Shown piece after piece: positions 1-12,753 of a stretch of DNA of 64,000 bases. The translations under genes and the position numbers were made by a program. The DNA comes from the human T2T-CHM13v2.0 reference genome, Homo sapiens, in the NCBI RefSeq assembly GCF_009914755.1, contig NC_060935.1. One strand, given 5' to 3'. Each line of letters starts with the position of its first letter. Within the stretch, counting starts at the first letter, position 1. The notes under the pieces were generated by a model, which did no database searches, was not told the DNA's origin, and was given only the letters and a program-made list of their open reading frames with translations.

Positions 1-299
1 TAGGAGGCACAACCTCAGGCCCTGCAGCAACTCCCAAGCTGAGCCCCACTTTAGAAAAGTCCTCATCGGGACTGACGGGGATCCCAGAACTCTCTCGTCT
101 GCAACTCTGTTACGTATTTGGAAGTAAGGCAAGTATGCTAAAGCACTGCCTTCCTATAAAGAGCCATTTTTAGGAGTGTGTTTCTGTATACTGGTTAATT
201 CCCGGCCCGTTTTTCTCTCCCATCCTTTTCCTCGTCACTAATGAAATATAAAATGCAATGCGGTCTCAGAATCCCTTTACCTTCCTCTGGGCAGCACTC

Positions 300-410
300 A
301 CATCTGATATCACCTGGCTCCCCAAGCCCAGGCCTAGACCAAGACCCCTAGAAGCCAGCATGGCCCTGCATACAACCCTAAGCACCTGAATGAAGAAATG
401 AATGAATGAA
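300..410 (+). mobile_element. L2 3' end fragment
   Basis: Ends in the L2-type tail tgaatgaagaaatgaatgaatgaa. Confidence 0.5.
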
Positions 411-1802
411 AATCTTGAAACTCACCCAAATAGGAATACGGTTTTCTATAGCAGACTGTACTTGGAGACAGTACGCAGAAAGATCCCCCCAACAGACCGC
501 CCCCCTCCCCGGGGGTGGGGGGGAATCTAATTTGTTAAAAGCAGCCAAGTGCTGTCAACCGAGCCCTCTGGGATCATCTTTATAGGTGAAATCACCTACT
601 TGTAAAGAGTTACCTTTGATACTTGAATTCCAACCTCCTTCCAAAGGGACCCAAAGAAGCACCAAGCTTTCCACCCAATTCTTCCTTCCAGGAAAACAAG
701 GAATTCCTGGGTGTAATAATGGAATCAGAGGCCTTATATAGACAGTGCTTCCCAGGAGCTGAATCATTCAGGCACTACTGGGACACCCAGATTCCTATCA
801 GGACAAGAGTCTCCCTCAAGCCCCCTCAGAGGACAGTGACATCCGGCATAGAAACCCACAGCTCCCACCTACCAATCCCCCTCTTAGAGCAGACACGACG
901 GCTTTCCCTCAGAATTAACACTGAACCCAGATGGGGGCCGAGCTCGCTCTCCTCACTCCACCCCCACAGGCTCAACCCTATTAGGACCCTCAACCTTGTT
1001 TCCAACCCACAAGTAGTTGGAAAACTCCAAAAGCAATCGGCCCGGGGCTGTTCTGGACCTGCTGAACCCTCTGGGGCACCAGGCTCGGTTCCTAGTGCAC
1101 AGAAGGGCGTCACTAACTATGTGATGCGGACCGCAGGGCACCGGGGTTAAGGCTGAATCTGCCAGGTCCTTTTCCAGGGGCGCAGAACTTCCCTTGTGGC
1201 TGGGTCGGCAAAACCGAGGCCCACATCCCAGATAGAGATCAAATCGCCCTCCCCCACCGGGGGACTTCCGAAATTACCTCTCTGGATCTGGAAGCTTAAT
1301 TAGCTGATTGGCCTCATTAACGTTCGAACTTGAGTTTCAAACGAAAAAGAGGTCACTCAACTATCCAATTTACAACCTCGAATTTCCACCCGAAAACCAC
1401 TTTATTTTCGGATGGCCTCTGAGGACGCCCAGGCCCCTGCCAGCAGCTGCCAGCCCCCGAGAGCCTTACGTACTTTCGCCTGACCCCCCCACCACCCACC
1501 CCTCACCTGCCTGGCTCGAGCGCCTTCTCAGTTCCAGGCGCCCCGAGCCCCTTTAAAAGATCGGCTGCGAAAACCCACGGTCACCTGCACCACCCTTTCT
1601 CCCTCTGGGTGCTCCAGCCCCACGGAAAGGCAAGCCTCGCCCACGCGCCCACCCACCTCGAGCAGGGTGTCCGCACGCAGACCCGCCTGGAGGGCGCCGC
1701 GCTGCACCCCCACGCCAAGCCCCAGAACCCTGGCGGCGAGGTCCACCCCAGCCCCCGCATCCCCCCGAACCCGGGCGGCGAGGCCCGCTGCGGTGGTCGC
1801 AC

Positions 1803-2030
1803 CTGCTGGCTCAGTCCGGCGGCTCCAGCCCAAGTGACGAGTGCGCTGTCGGCGTCTCTGGGAGCGGTCCCCGCGCCTGGCGCCCGGGGCCGGGGCCACC
1901 CGGTGGAGGCGCCTGGGCCGCGGGCTGGGCGGGCGGAGCTGCCCGGCCGCCGGGGAGGAGGGATGCCCGGGCGAAAGTTGCCAGGGAAACTTGATCAACT
2001 CGAGCGCGCCGGTGCCAGCTTCCTGCATAA
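1803..2030 (-). other. Putative non-coding first exon (5' boundary uncertain) ending at donor CAG|GTGCGA
   Basis: Minus strand reads ...CTGAGCCAGCAG|GTGCGACC with GT at 1802-1801, inside the CpG island; sequence to the left looks intronic. The TSS cannot be placed from sequence alone. Confidence 0.5.
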
Positions 2031-2317
2031 TTCACGGACGGTGGCGGCCGGGCTGCGCCCGCCGGGTCTCCCTATCCCAGCTGGTGAGCACGGCGGGCCG
2101 GGGTCGGGCACCCGGCTGTGGCTCAGCGCGACCCCCGGGACCTGGGCGCCCGACCCGCCACCCCCGGGCCCGCACCAGGCGCGCCGGCCCCGGCCTCTCC
2201 GCGACAGCTGCTGCTGCCGCCGCGCGCGCCTGGATGGGAGCTCTGCGTGCAGGGCCAGGGTGACCGCAGCGGGGTCTCGGGGGACCTGGCGGCCACGGTT
2301 CGGGTCTCCGCCCCCGC

Positions 2318-2333
2318 GCGCCACCTGGCGGCC
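2318..2333 (-). promoter_or_regulatory. CTCF motif
   Basis: Minus strand GGCCGCCAGGTGGCGC closely matches the CTCF core CCRSYAGRKGGCRS. Confidence 0.6.
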
Positions 2334-2813
2334 CCGCGCCGGCTCCTCCGCTGGGCTCGCTGGCCCGGGTCCTAGGGCTGGCGGGCGGTGACCCGGGGCA
2401 AGGAGACCCCGGGAGAGCGGGGGAGGTCGCGCCACACGCGCTGTTCCAGAGGAAGGGGCAGGACGCGCCAGAGACTACGTGGTCCATGCGCGCAGGAGAT
2501 AAAGCGGGGGCTCCTTCCTGCGCTCTGCCCCCACGCCGCTTCCAAAGCTTTCGACACCGGCCCCTGCCCGGGAAGAAAGGCATGCAGGGGGAAGGGCTCT
2601 CTACGGAAAATCGACCCCCACCTGGACACGCGGCTCACTCCCCCCAGCGCCCACCTCTCCAGCCTCTCTGGGTCCAGGACTGCGCTTACCCGGTAGTTGG
2701 TGCTCCCGGAATCGAGATGCCCCCAAAATGCCGTCAGTGAGCAGGATCGGGTGCCCAAGGGCCACCTCCCGTCCTCCCCGGCCCGCGCCCTGCGTCCCCG
2801 GCCGCCGCCTCAC

Positions 2814-2950
2814 CTGGCTCGGCGAGTCGGGGGCGGGTCCGAGCCCCCCGGGAGCGCCAGCGTCCGCGCACACCTGGATCGGCCGCGGGAACCCGAGCGG
2901 CGCCGCGCCCAGCCCCGCCGGAGCTCAGGAGCCGCCGCCGCGGCTCAGGT
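2814..2950 (-). other. Putative alternative upstream first exon, donor CAG|GTGAGG
   Basis: Near-consensus donor GCCGAGCCAG|GTGAGG (GT at 2813-2812) downstream of GC boxes on the minus strand. Confidence 0.35.
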
Positions 2951-3346
2951 GCAGGGGGTGGGGAAGGACCCGGCCCCGCCCGGCGCGGGAGCTGGCTCCG
3001 GCGAGGGTGGGGGAGGGGCCCTCTCGCCGCCGAAAGGACGCGTGCGGCCCAGGACCCGCGGGCGACCCGACCTGGACCCCCACCCCCGCCCACGCCGCGG
3101 ACCTCAGTCCCCCGCCCCGACCCCGCTCCCGCCCGCGGCTGCGGCTCGGGCGTGCGCGTGGGGTCTGTTGTGGCAACCCCGGGAGACCGCGGGGCGCCCT
3201 GGCCGCCTCTGCCCCGCCCCGGGCTGCGTGGCTCACGGACCTCCCCCTCCCTGGCCAAAGCCGGCGGACGAGAAAGTCCCTGATTTTTGTAAAGTCCGGT
3301 TCGGTCTGCACGGTTATCCCGAACGCAGCTGGCTCCCGCCACAGAG

Positions 3347-3354
3347 TATTTATA
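3347..3354 (-). promoter_or_regulatory. TATA box (TATAAATA)
   Basis: Plus-strand tatttata reads TATAAATA on the minus strand, in an AT-rich pocket within the CpG island. Confidence 0.35.
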
Positions 3355-3929
3355 ATAATAGGATTTGGAAATAGAGGCTGCCTGCACATCAAAACGTTTG
3401 CAGAGCAAACGAAAACTTTGTACCCGGGTGATACGCCGGCGTCTGCTGCCCAGGCCACCAGTTCTGGGGCGCCTTCCGCCCAGGGGTGCACAACGGTATC
3501 TCCGCCAGCTGCCCTCCAAGCCAAGAAAAGCCAGGGGGTGGGGTGGGGGGAGCAAAAGCCAACGGCTCGGGTGAATCCCAGAGGCCAAAGGCACCCTCCG
3601 GAGACTCCAGGAATCCTGTTATTATCCAGGACTCCGGATTGCTAGGTTTGCGGAAGCCCAAAGGGGCGGGTCCTGAGCTTGGAGCTGTGGCCGCCGTGTG
3701 AGCCATCGGCTGATAGATTTTCTCAAGGCCTTAATCATTCACTGGGAGTCTCCCCCAGTACGAGCTGCGTGTTTCTGAGTAAGCTCTTGAGGTCTCTGTG
3801 TTCTGAGTTTTCCAGTATTCTGGAAGGTGTGGGTGGGGATCAGAGTCCAAGCTGTGGAGTAGAACTGTCTCCAGAACCCTGGAGCCCGGCATTATGCAAA
3901 CCCCTAACTGTGCCCCCTACATAGAGTGA

Positions 3930-3951
3930 GTGTGTGTGTGTGTGTGTGTGT
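3930..3951. repeat. (GT)11 microsatellite
   Basis: Directly visible. Confidence 0.95.
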
Positions 3952-4166
3952 AAGTCAGTCTATCTTACAGGACATGCCTGAGAGGTTTGCATGGGCTGGT
4001 GACTTCAACATACCAAAGGCAAAGTTAAATATTTGCTCTAGATACTTTTTTTTTTCAGCTTGCATAATTGTCCCACATTTCAAAGAAGTCTTTAAAAGCA
4101 CTTAGGTTAAAAAAAAAAAAGTTGTGTTTGGGGCCTGAATATTTCAGGACACACATGGAATAAATA

Positions 4167-4277
4167 TTGTAACTCCTTGAGGGCAGCTGCCTTATGTAAA
4201 TGTCTTTCTCGTCGCTGCTTCCTTAAGCATACACTTGATAAAATATTTGTTGAATGAATAAAGGAGTCAATCAATCA
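4167..4277 (+). mobile_element. L2 3' end fragment
   Basis: tgtaactccttgagggcag...aaatatttgttgaatgaataaa, typical L2 terminus. Confidence 0.65.
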
Positions 4278-4975
4278 AAAAATAATAATCCCCAAAACAG
4301 GAAGAAGGACGCCCTGACAGGATCCTGCAGGCATCCTTTGTTTGGCATGGAAGCTGGGGTGCCTGGGAGAGGTGTGAGCAGGACAATCGGATGTTCTTTG
4401 GGTTGGCCGGTGGCAGATGCAAGACCTGGGTTGCAGGGAGTGGGGGTGGGGGCTCTACCTTTCCATAACAGTCCATCAGTACCCTCCCCACCAAAGAAGG
4501 CAAGTCATCTGAATAAAGTGGTGTATTTACCCTGCAAACCCAGCTCAAAGACCTATCCTCAGGATATTTCCCTCCTCTCACCAGATTCCCACCCCTGGAA
4601 CACCCCTTCCTAGGTTTCTAGAACCACTGCTGCAGATAGACCAGGCAGCTGGTCACAGTTCAATTGTGAACATTTTTCGGCTATCTCCATGCAAGGTTTA
4701 AGACCGATGCCATTATGCTATCTCCAAGAAATACTTCCCTAGGGACGCAGGCCTCTGCCAGCCTTCCACCCAAGTGGACACCCCTTGGGCCATCCCCCTC
4801 CAGTCTTTCTGATCTGTTAGCCAACAAGAGCGCTGTGTGAGAGCCCCGACATTCGGCATTTTAAGGACAGCATCCTGCTTACGCCCCAGTTTCTTTGTGT
4901 CTGTTTAGAGATATCCAGTTCAGCCTTGTGCTCCGATGAAGCAACATCCTTCAAGTCTGTAAAAATCTCTTATGA

Positions 4976-5130
4976 TCCCAAAACAAAGAAAATCAAGGTT
5001 ACAGGTGATGGATACACTAATTTCCCTAATTTGATCATTACACATTGCATACGTGTATCAACATCTCACACTGGACCCATAAATACGTACAATTATGTGT
5101 CAACTAAAAGTATTGACAGCCAAAAAAAAA
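4976..5130 (+). mobile_element. 5'-truncated L1MA-type 3' end with TSD
   Basis: ggtgatggatacactaatttccctaatttgatcattacacattg... L1MA 3'UTR, A9 tail, TSD ctcttatga at 4967-4975 and 5133-5141. Confidence 0.8.
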
Positions 5131-5809
5131 GGCTCTTATGAAAAGGTTCAGGGTCAGATAATGCTGCCACAGTGCCTTTATTCACATCTTAACGCTCTGA
5201 GCGGGCATCTCAGGTTGAGGGGAACACCTACCCCCCGCCGCTCATTTGAAGTAGGACCTCTTTTGGCATTCTAATTTCTGGGGGGCCCATAGCCACACAC
5301 ACCACCAAGTGCCTTGTTTTAGGTTCAGTTTAGGAAAAGAAGACATGACCCTCCTGGCTTCCTGGTTTCAGAACCCTCCGGTTTTGTTTCTGGAAGCTGC
5401 CTTCCAGGATTCACCAGGTTTTGCAGAAAGGAGTAAGCTTTTCCATCTGGTCATCTTGTCTTTTTTTCTTGTCCAACCTGAACCATGAAACCATCAGCCA
5501 CATCTGTGGAGTACACGCTGTGTGGTCCTGAGCACGCTAGGACTTTCTGGGAAGAGTAACTGTTTTATAGAGAACTGGAAACTGGGACACCATACCATCA
5601 GGGATGTGAGATATAGCCACCTTTTTGGTCCTGGGGAAAACATTATAAATATTTTGTGGCTTAGATTAACCCAGATGCTCACTGCCTTCAGCAGCAGTCC
5701 CTTTCTCCCAGAGAAGCTCCTGGGTTTGGGGCTTAATGTATTAATAGTTGGAGGCCAGCACATCTTCAGAGAATGATTCTTAGACAGCCCGAGTGGGAGT
5801 GGCCTAACC

Positions 5810-5890
5810 CAAGGCAACCCTGTTATTTAACAGGTGGGAAGCTGAGGTCCAAGGAGGGGAGGAGACTCACTCAAGGGCGTGAGGTCAGAA
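5810..5890 (-). mobile_element. MIR fragment
   Basis: tttaacaggtgggaagctgaggtcc resembles the reverse complement of the MIR core. Confidence 0.5.
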
Positions 5891-5899
5891 CCACACAGG

Positions 5900-5985
5900 C
5901 AGGTGTGCACAGGTGAAGCCAGGTAAAGGCAAGCACACACAGGTGAAGCCAGTTAAAGGCAGGTATGCCCAAGTAAAGGTAGGTG
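5900..5985. repeat. Degenerate 10-bp (30-bp higher order) tandem repeat of CAGGTR
   Basis: CAGGTG at 5900, 5910, 5940; CAGGTA at 5920, 5960; degenerate copies at 5930, 5950, 5970, 5980. Confidence 0.8.
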
Positions 5986-6934
5986 CTCTGGCCAGCAAGT
6001 CTGCCACATCCCCTCATCCCTGCCAGATTCTCCCGTGCTTTTGCCATTTTTTTCCTACTTGTTTTCCACTACAGCAAGAGGTCCACTTCCGTCCTGTTCC
6101 CGCCCATGTCAAATACTGGAAAATTCACTCATTTCTCCACAATTTTGTGACAACTTCTAATTCAATCACATAAACCTGATGCTGTAAGGATTCCCAGATT
6201 TTACATGTCCTCTCACTCCTGTGCAGAAGTGCCTCTCACGTCTCGCCTCTAGCTTACTGTGGATTTTTATTCCTCTCCATTAATTTTCCATGAGCTTATG
6301 TGGATGGATTTGCTGAGAAAAGCCTCCTGGGACTTTGAACGTAAGCATCTTGGCTGCCACCTGGGAGATTGGAGGGAGAGTTTGTTTCTCCTGGAATCTG
6401 AGCTGATGAGAGGGGATGGTCTGAAGCTTTTCCTGCTGCACTGGAGCGGGAGGATGTGGGGAGCAGCAGGCAGGAGGGAAAGCTGCGGGACAGGGTCTGC
6501 CAGGCTTCCCAGCCAGGCCATGAGCTCTTCCCTTGAGGCCCACGTCCGGAACAAGGGTGTCATCCACCTTCTCCCAGGCCTCCCTTGGGGGTGCAGGGCA
6601 TCCTGTAGGATGGAGGAGTTCATTCCCCGAGGGGCCACTTCCAGTCCTTGTGGAAGCAGAGCTGGGAGGCTGGGAGAGGTTGCTGCTCTGCCTCCCTCCA
6701 GCAGGTGAACAGTCCTGCTGGGGCACATTCTCTGGCTTCTAGGAAGGGCCTTTGGAGCCTCCGTTGCTTACAGCAGGGTCCGGGACAAAATACCTTTATT
6801 TGGAGATGGCCTCCTTCTGCATCTCCCTTCCGCTGCTCCCTCACTCCTGCTCCCTGGAGTCAACTCTCAAATGGAGGAGCCTGCATCCAAGTCCTTGTTT
6901 CAGGGAAAGCATTGAGGGGAAACCCAAAATAATA

Positions 6935-7280
6935 CAGTGCCCCCCCAACCCTTATTACAGGGGATACTTCGAAGACCCCCCAGTGGATGCCCGAAACTGC
7001 AGATAGTACTGACCCCGGTATATTACTATTTTTCTATCTCACGATCCGGCCGGGCAGGTAGTGTAGGCTGCATGGAGACACTGGACAAAGGGATGGTTCA
7101 CATCCAGGGAGGGATGGGGCCGGATGCCCTGAGATTTCATCACACTGCTCAGAACAGCACACAGCTTAAAACTTATTAATTGTTTATTGATGAGATTTTC
7201 CATTTAATATTTCCATGCCTTGGTTGACCTGGGGTAACTGAGACCACAGAGAGTAAAACTATGGATAGGGGGCACTACTA
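6935..7280 (-). mobile_element. MER44A (Tigger7-derived DNA transposon)
   Basis: Terminal inverted repeats cagtgccccccc...cttat / ggatagggggcactact, TA flanks, internal match to recalled MER44A. Confidence 0.8.
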
Positions 7281-7299
7281 TATTAAAAACTGTCTTGTG

Positions 7300-7644
<345 letters not shown>

Positions 7645-7783
7645 TCATGGGTCAGGACGCCTGAAGTCACCAGCAGACCATGTGAGTTGAGGCTCCTGTG
7701 AAGGAACCTCAAGGCGGGAGAGGGTTCAGCTCATCCAAATCAATATCAGCAACTTGATGCTATTATTGGGAAATGAAACATAT

Positions 7784-8070
7784 TGCCCAGGCACGGTGGC
7801 TCATGCCTGTAATCCCAGCACTTTGGGAGGCCAAGGCGGGTGGATCACTTGAGGTCAGGAGTTACAGACCAGCCTGGCCAACACAGTGAAATGCCGTCTG
7901 TACTAAAAATACAAAAATCACCCGGGCATGGTGGTGCATGCCTGTAATCCCAGCTGCTCGGGAGGCTGAAGCATGAGAATCGCTTGAACCTGGGGAGGTG
8001 GAGGTTGCAGTGAGTTGAGATCATGCCACTGCACTCCAGCCTGGGCAACAGAGGGTAGATTGTCTCAAAA
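7784..8070 (+). mobile_element. AluS
   Basis: Full dimer; tail expanded into a polypurine tract. Confidence 0.95.
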
Positions 8071-8164
8071 AGAAAGGAAGAAAGAGAGAGAGAGAGAAGG
8101 AGAGAAGGGAAGGGAAAGGACAGGAAGGGGAGGGAAGAGGAGGGGAGGGGAGGGGAGGGCAGGG
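8067..8164. repeat. Polypurine (GA/GGAA/GGGGA) low-complexity tract
   Basis: ~98 bp of almost only A and G. Confidence 0.9.
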
Positions 8165-8239
8165 CAATCAGAAGATCCCATTATAACCAACTCAAAGACC
8201 CTTGGGGTTTTTGGCCAAGCAACGAAATAAGCAAAACTG

Positions 8240-8549
8240 TTTTTTTGTTTGTTTGTTTTTTGTTTTTGAGATGGAGTCTTGCTCTGTCGCCCATGCTGGA
8301 GTGCAGTGGCACAATCTTGGCTCACTGCAAACTCCGCCTCCTGGGTTCACACCATTCTCCTGCCTCAACCTCCGGAGTAGCTGGGACTACAGGTGCCCGC
8401 CACCACGCCCGGCTAATTTTTTTGTATTTTTAGTAGAGATGGGGTTTCACCACGTTAGCCTGGATGGTCTCGATCTCCTGAGCTCGTGATCCGCCCGCCT
8501 CAGCCTCCCAAAGTGCTGGGATTACAGGTGTGAGCCACCGCACCCGGCC
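8240..8549 (-). mobile_element. AluY-like
   Basis: AluY diagnostic positions (ccattctcc, ttagcc..gatggtctcgatc); TSD ataagcaaaact at 8227-8238 and 8550-8561. Confidence 0.95.
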
Positions 8550-8569
8550 ATAAGCAAAACTTTTAAAAT

Positions 8570-9230
8570 GATCAACAGGCAGAATACATCAAGGCTTTAC
8601 AAAAACAGCACGCTGTGACTAAGCAAGGTTTGTCCAAGTGATGCTGGAATATTTCAATATTAGCAAACCTATTAGGAAATATGTTTGATCAAATAAAATT
8701 TCTTGGTTAAAAAAAAGAAACTGCTTGAGAATATTTTAGTATTATTCAATTTTGTATATCAAACCAGCACTGTGTCCAATATGAAAGGCTGAATTTCCCT
8801 CATTCAATTCAGGAACCAGAACTGTGACACTGCTAACATTACCAGAACTTAACATTTCTCTAAAATGCTAGCCAATGCAATCGAATAAGAAAATTAAACA
8901 AGAAAAATAAGCATTGGAAAAGAGGAGGCAAATTTACCATTTCAGGAGGTGCTATGATTTTCTTGATTAAAAACCTAAGGAAATAAACTGAAACTGAAAG
9001 TTCATGGAGGAGTTTAGTAAGACTGTTCGAAAGCACTAGCTTTTCTTCACACAAACAACACATCGGAAATACAAAGAAAAATAAAACCATAACTCCTGGT
9101 ATCAACAAGACAAAAGGAAAAATATGCCAAGACAAATATAATAACAATATTCCTAGGCCTATAAGAAAAAACAAACTAAAAACCTTCTTGAGGAAAAGAA
9201 AAAAAAAGTAGAATGAACAAAAAACAAGCA
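8570..9230 (+). mobile_element. Ancient L1 (L1M/L1ME) ORF2 fragment
   Basis: A-rich; degenerate match to the ORF2 RT-region segment [16 protein letters not shown] at ~8612-8670. Confidence 0.6.
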
Positions 9231-9245
9231 TAAGATTGTGATTAA

Positions 9246-9661
<416 letters not shown>

Positions 9662-9775
9662 TTTTTCTCCATTTTCATACCTCAAACGGAAGTGGAAGCA
9701 GCACCATCTTGCTGAGAAAGTTAAATGGACAAACTTATGTAATCTACTCAGAACCACACACCTTGCAAGAAGTAA

Positions 9776-10087
<312 letters not shown>

Positions 10088-10119
10088 TGACGTAAGTGCT
10101 GCTGACCTTGCTGTTCTTG

Positions 10120-10634
10120 AATAGGGAGACGCTACTGCAAGGCGGCAACTCTTCCTCAATAGATCATAAAATCCAACATAGTCCTAAACACAATCATGGC
10201 AGGATTTTTTTTTAACTTGACATGCAGTTTATCTGACTGGTAAAATATTTATGTCTAGAAAATATAAAAGAATAAATTAAAAAGATAAAGACAAGTCCAT
10301 GTATAAAGTGGGTGAAAGACTTGAACAAGGACCTCAAAAAAGAACCTATCAAGATGGCCTGTGAGCGTATGAAAAGGTCCCCAATTTTATTTGTCATCAG
10401 AGAAACATGCAAAATAAACTGACAGCGAAATACCTCTGACACCTGATTGGCTAAAATGACAATGGGAGACCATGCCATGGGGCCATGGACACGCGCATGT
10501 ACTGCTGTTGGTAGTGTGAATTGGCACAGCTGCCTGAAAATATGTTGGCAGTGTCTACTATGACCCAGCAGGTCTGCTTGGAGGGAGACACTCCAGAGGA
10601 ATGAGTGTATATGTGCATCAAAAGATGCACAGCA
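10120..10634 (+). mobile_element. Ancient L1 (L1ME-like) fragment
   Basis: aagtgggtgaaagacttgaacaagg...atgaaaagg...tcatcagagaaacatgcaaaat, degenerate L1 ORF2 3' region. Confidence 0.65.
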
Positions 10635-10938
<304 letters not shown>

Positions 10939-10950
10939 GGATGCATAGCA

Positions 10951-11252
10951 GCCAGGCATGGTGGTCACACCTGTAATCCCAAAAATTTTCAAGACTAAGA
11001 TGGGAGGATCATTTGAGGTCAGGAATTTGAGACCAGTCTAGGCAACACAGCAAGACCCTGCCTCTTAAAAAAATACAAAAATCAGCCGTGCATGGTGGCA
11101 AGTGCTTGTAGTCCCTGCTACTCAGAGGGGCCTGAGGCAGGAGGATCACTTCAACCTGGGTGGTTAGAGGCTGCGGTGAGCCACGATCGCGCCACTGCCC
11201 TCCAGCCTGGGAGACAGCAAAACCCTGTCTCAAAAATAAATAAATAAATAAA
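10951..11252 (+). mobile_element. AluJ
   Basis: Diverged dimer with J-type positions; (TAAA)n tail. Confidence 0.9.
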
Positions 11253-11292
11253 GAGACGTAGCATTCATTCTGTGGCAAAACCAGAAACCATC

Positions 11293-11666
11293 TGTTATGG
11301 ACTGATTATTGGTGTCTCCCCAAAATTCGTATGTTGAAATCCTACCCCCTAATTTGGTGGCATTAGGAGGTGGGGTCTTTGTTAGGTCATTAGGATTCAT
11401 TGAGGTCTTAAGAGTGGAGCACCTGAGAATGGGATTCATGCCCTTAAAAGAGTCCCGAGAGAGCTCCTTTCTCTCTGTCATCTGTGGGGAACACAGAGAG
11501 AAGACGCCATCTCTGAACCAGGAAGTGGGCCCTCACCAGATGCAGAATCCGCCAGCACCTTGAGCTTGGACTTCTCAGCCTCTAGAACTGTAAGAAGAAA
11601 ACTTTTGTTGTTTAAGCCACCCAGTCTATGGTATTTAGTCCATCGCACCCTGGACGGACTAAAACA
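11293..11666 (+). mobile_element. MLT1A-type MaLR solo LTR
   Basis: tgttatggactga...ccccaaaattcgtatgttgaaatcct...ggacttctcagcctctagaactgtaaga...gactaaaaca. Confidence 0.85.
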
Positions 11667-11669
11667 TCA

Positions 11670-12055
11670 CCCAAAACTCCATCAACAGTGAAATGAAAGA
11701 ATAAATGAATGAAATACTGATCAGCAATAAAGATGAAGGAACTGTTGCTACATGCAAAAGTGGGAATTAATCTCACTGTTACCATTTTAAGTGAAAGAAG
11801 CTTTACACTTTGTATAGGAAGGTACTGTAAAATCACATTTGTAGAAGGTTGAGTAATAGGCAAACGTAATCTGTAGTGTTGGCAGCTGGGACTTGGGGAG
11901 AACATGAGGAAAAGCTCTAGATGCTGAGTGCTCTGTTTCCTGATCTGGGTCTGCTCACATGGATGTGTTCAGTTTGTGAAAATCCATCAAGTCATGCACT
12001 TATGATTTATGCATTTTTTATAGATATGCTAGACTTTGATAAAAGTTGACTTTAG
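11670..12055 (+). mobile_element. Ancient L1 3' UTR fragment
   Basis: tcagtttgtgaaaatccatcaag...cacttatgatttatgcattt, L1ME 3' end. Confidence 0.65.
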
Positions 12056-12071
12056 AATAGCAAGGAAAACA

Positions 12072-12430
<359 letters not shown>

Positions 12431-12753
12431 CTACTCAAGCTTAAATATACCAAGAAGCTGTGATAATTACCAAGTGTGTAACAGGCACAGAAATAGACTG
12501 ATAGAGCAAGTGACCCATCGGAAATAAAACCAGGTTACTCATTGCCTGCATTCTGTGCTCCAGCCATGATGATCTTCTTTCAAGTTTTCACAATGCCAGG
12601 CTCTCTCTTTCCTCTGTTTTCCCATTCCCACCATGCCTCTTTGACTGTCTATCAACTGTCACTCAACTTTTACAGCAAAGCTGAAATACGATCTGTGTGC
12701 CAGTGCCATGTGCTTCAGAGCATCTTGTCAACCAGTACATCTTAACTCTCTCA

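Larger units (their letters stand above)
1400..3700. promoter_or_regulatory. CpG island promoter of a minus-strand gene
   Basis: Very high GC and CpG density against CpG-depleted flanks; several GC boxes (CCCCGCCC/GGGGCGGG near 2830, 2974, 3111, 3212, 3663); minus-strand donors at 1803 and 2814. Tentative, unverified recollection that this is the TNS3 5' end. Confidence 0.9.

Noticed and set aside
623-1150. 175-aa plus-strand ORF
   Set aside because: Non-ATG start, no recognisable domain and no exon structure.
1528-3645. Many long overlapping ORFs (up to 305 aa) in the CpG island
   Set aside because: Present in all frames, low-complexity Pro/Arg/Gly/Ala, mostly non-ATG starts and no domains; expected from stop-codon depletion in GC-rich DNA.
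5165-5820. Possible minus-strand terminal exon or processed pseudogene (AATAAA at 5182-5177)
   Set aside because: No poly-A tail or TSD on that strand and no recognisable protein in any frame; a lone hexamer is insufficient.
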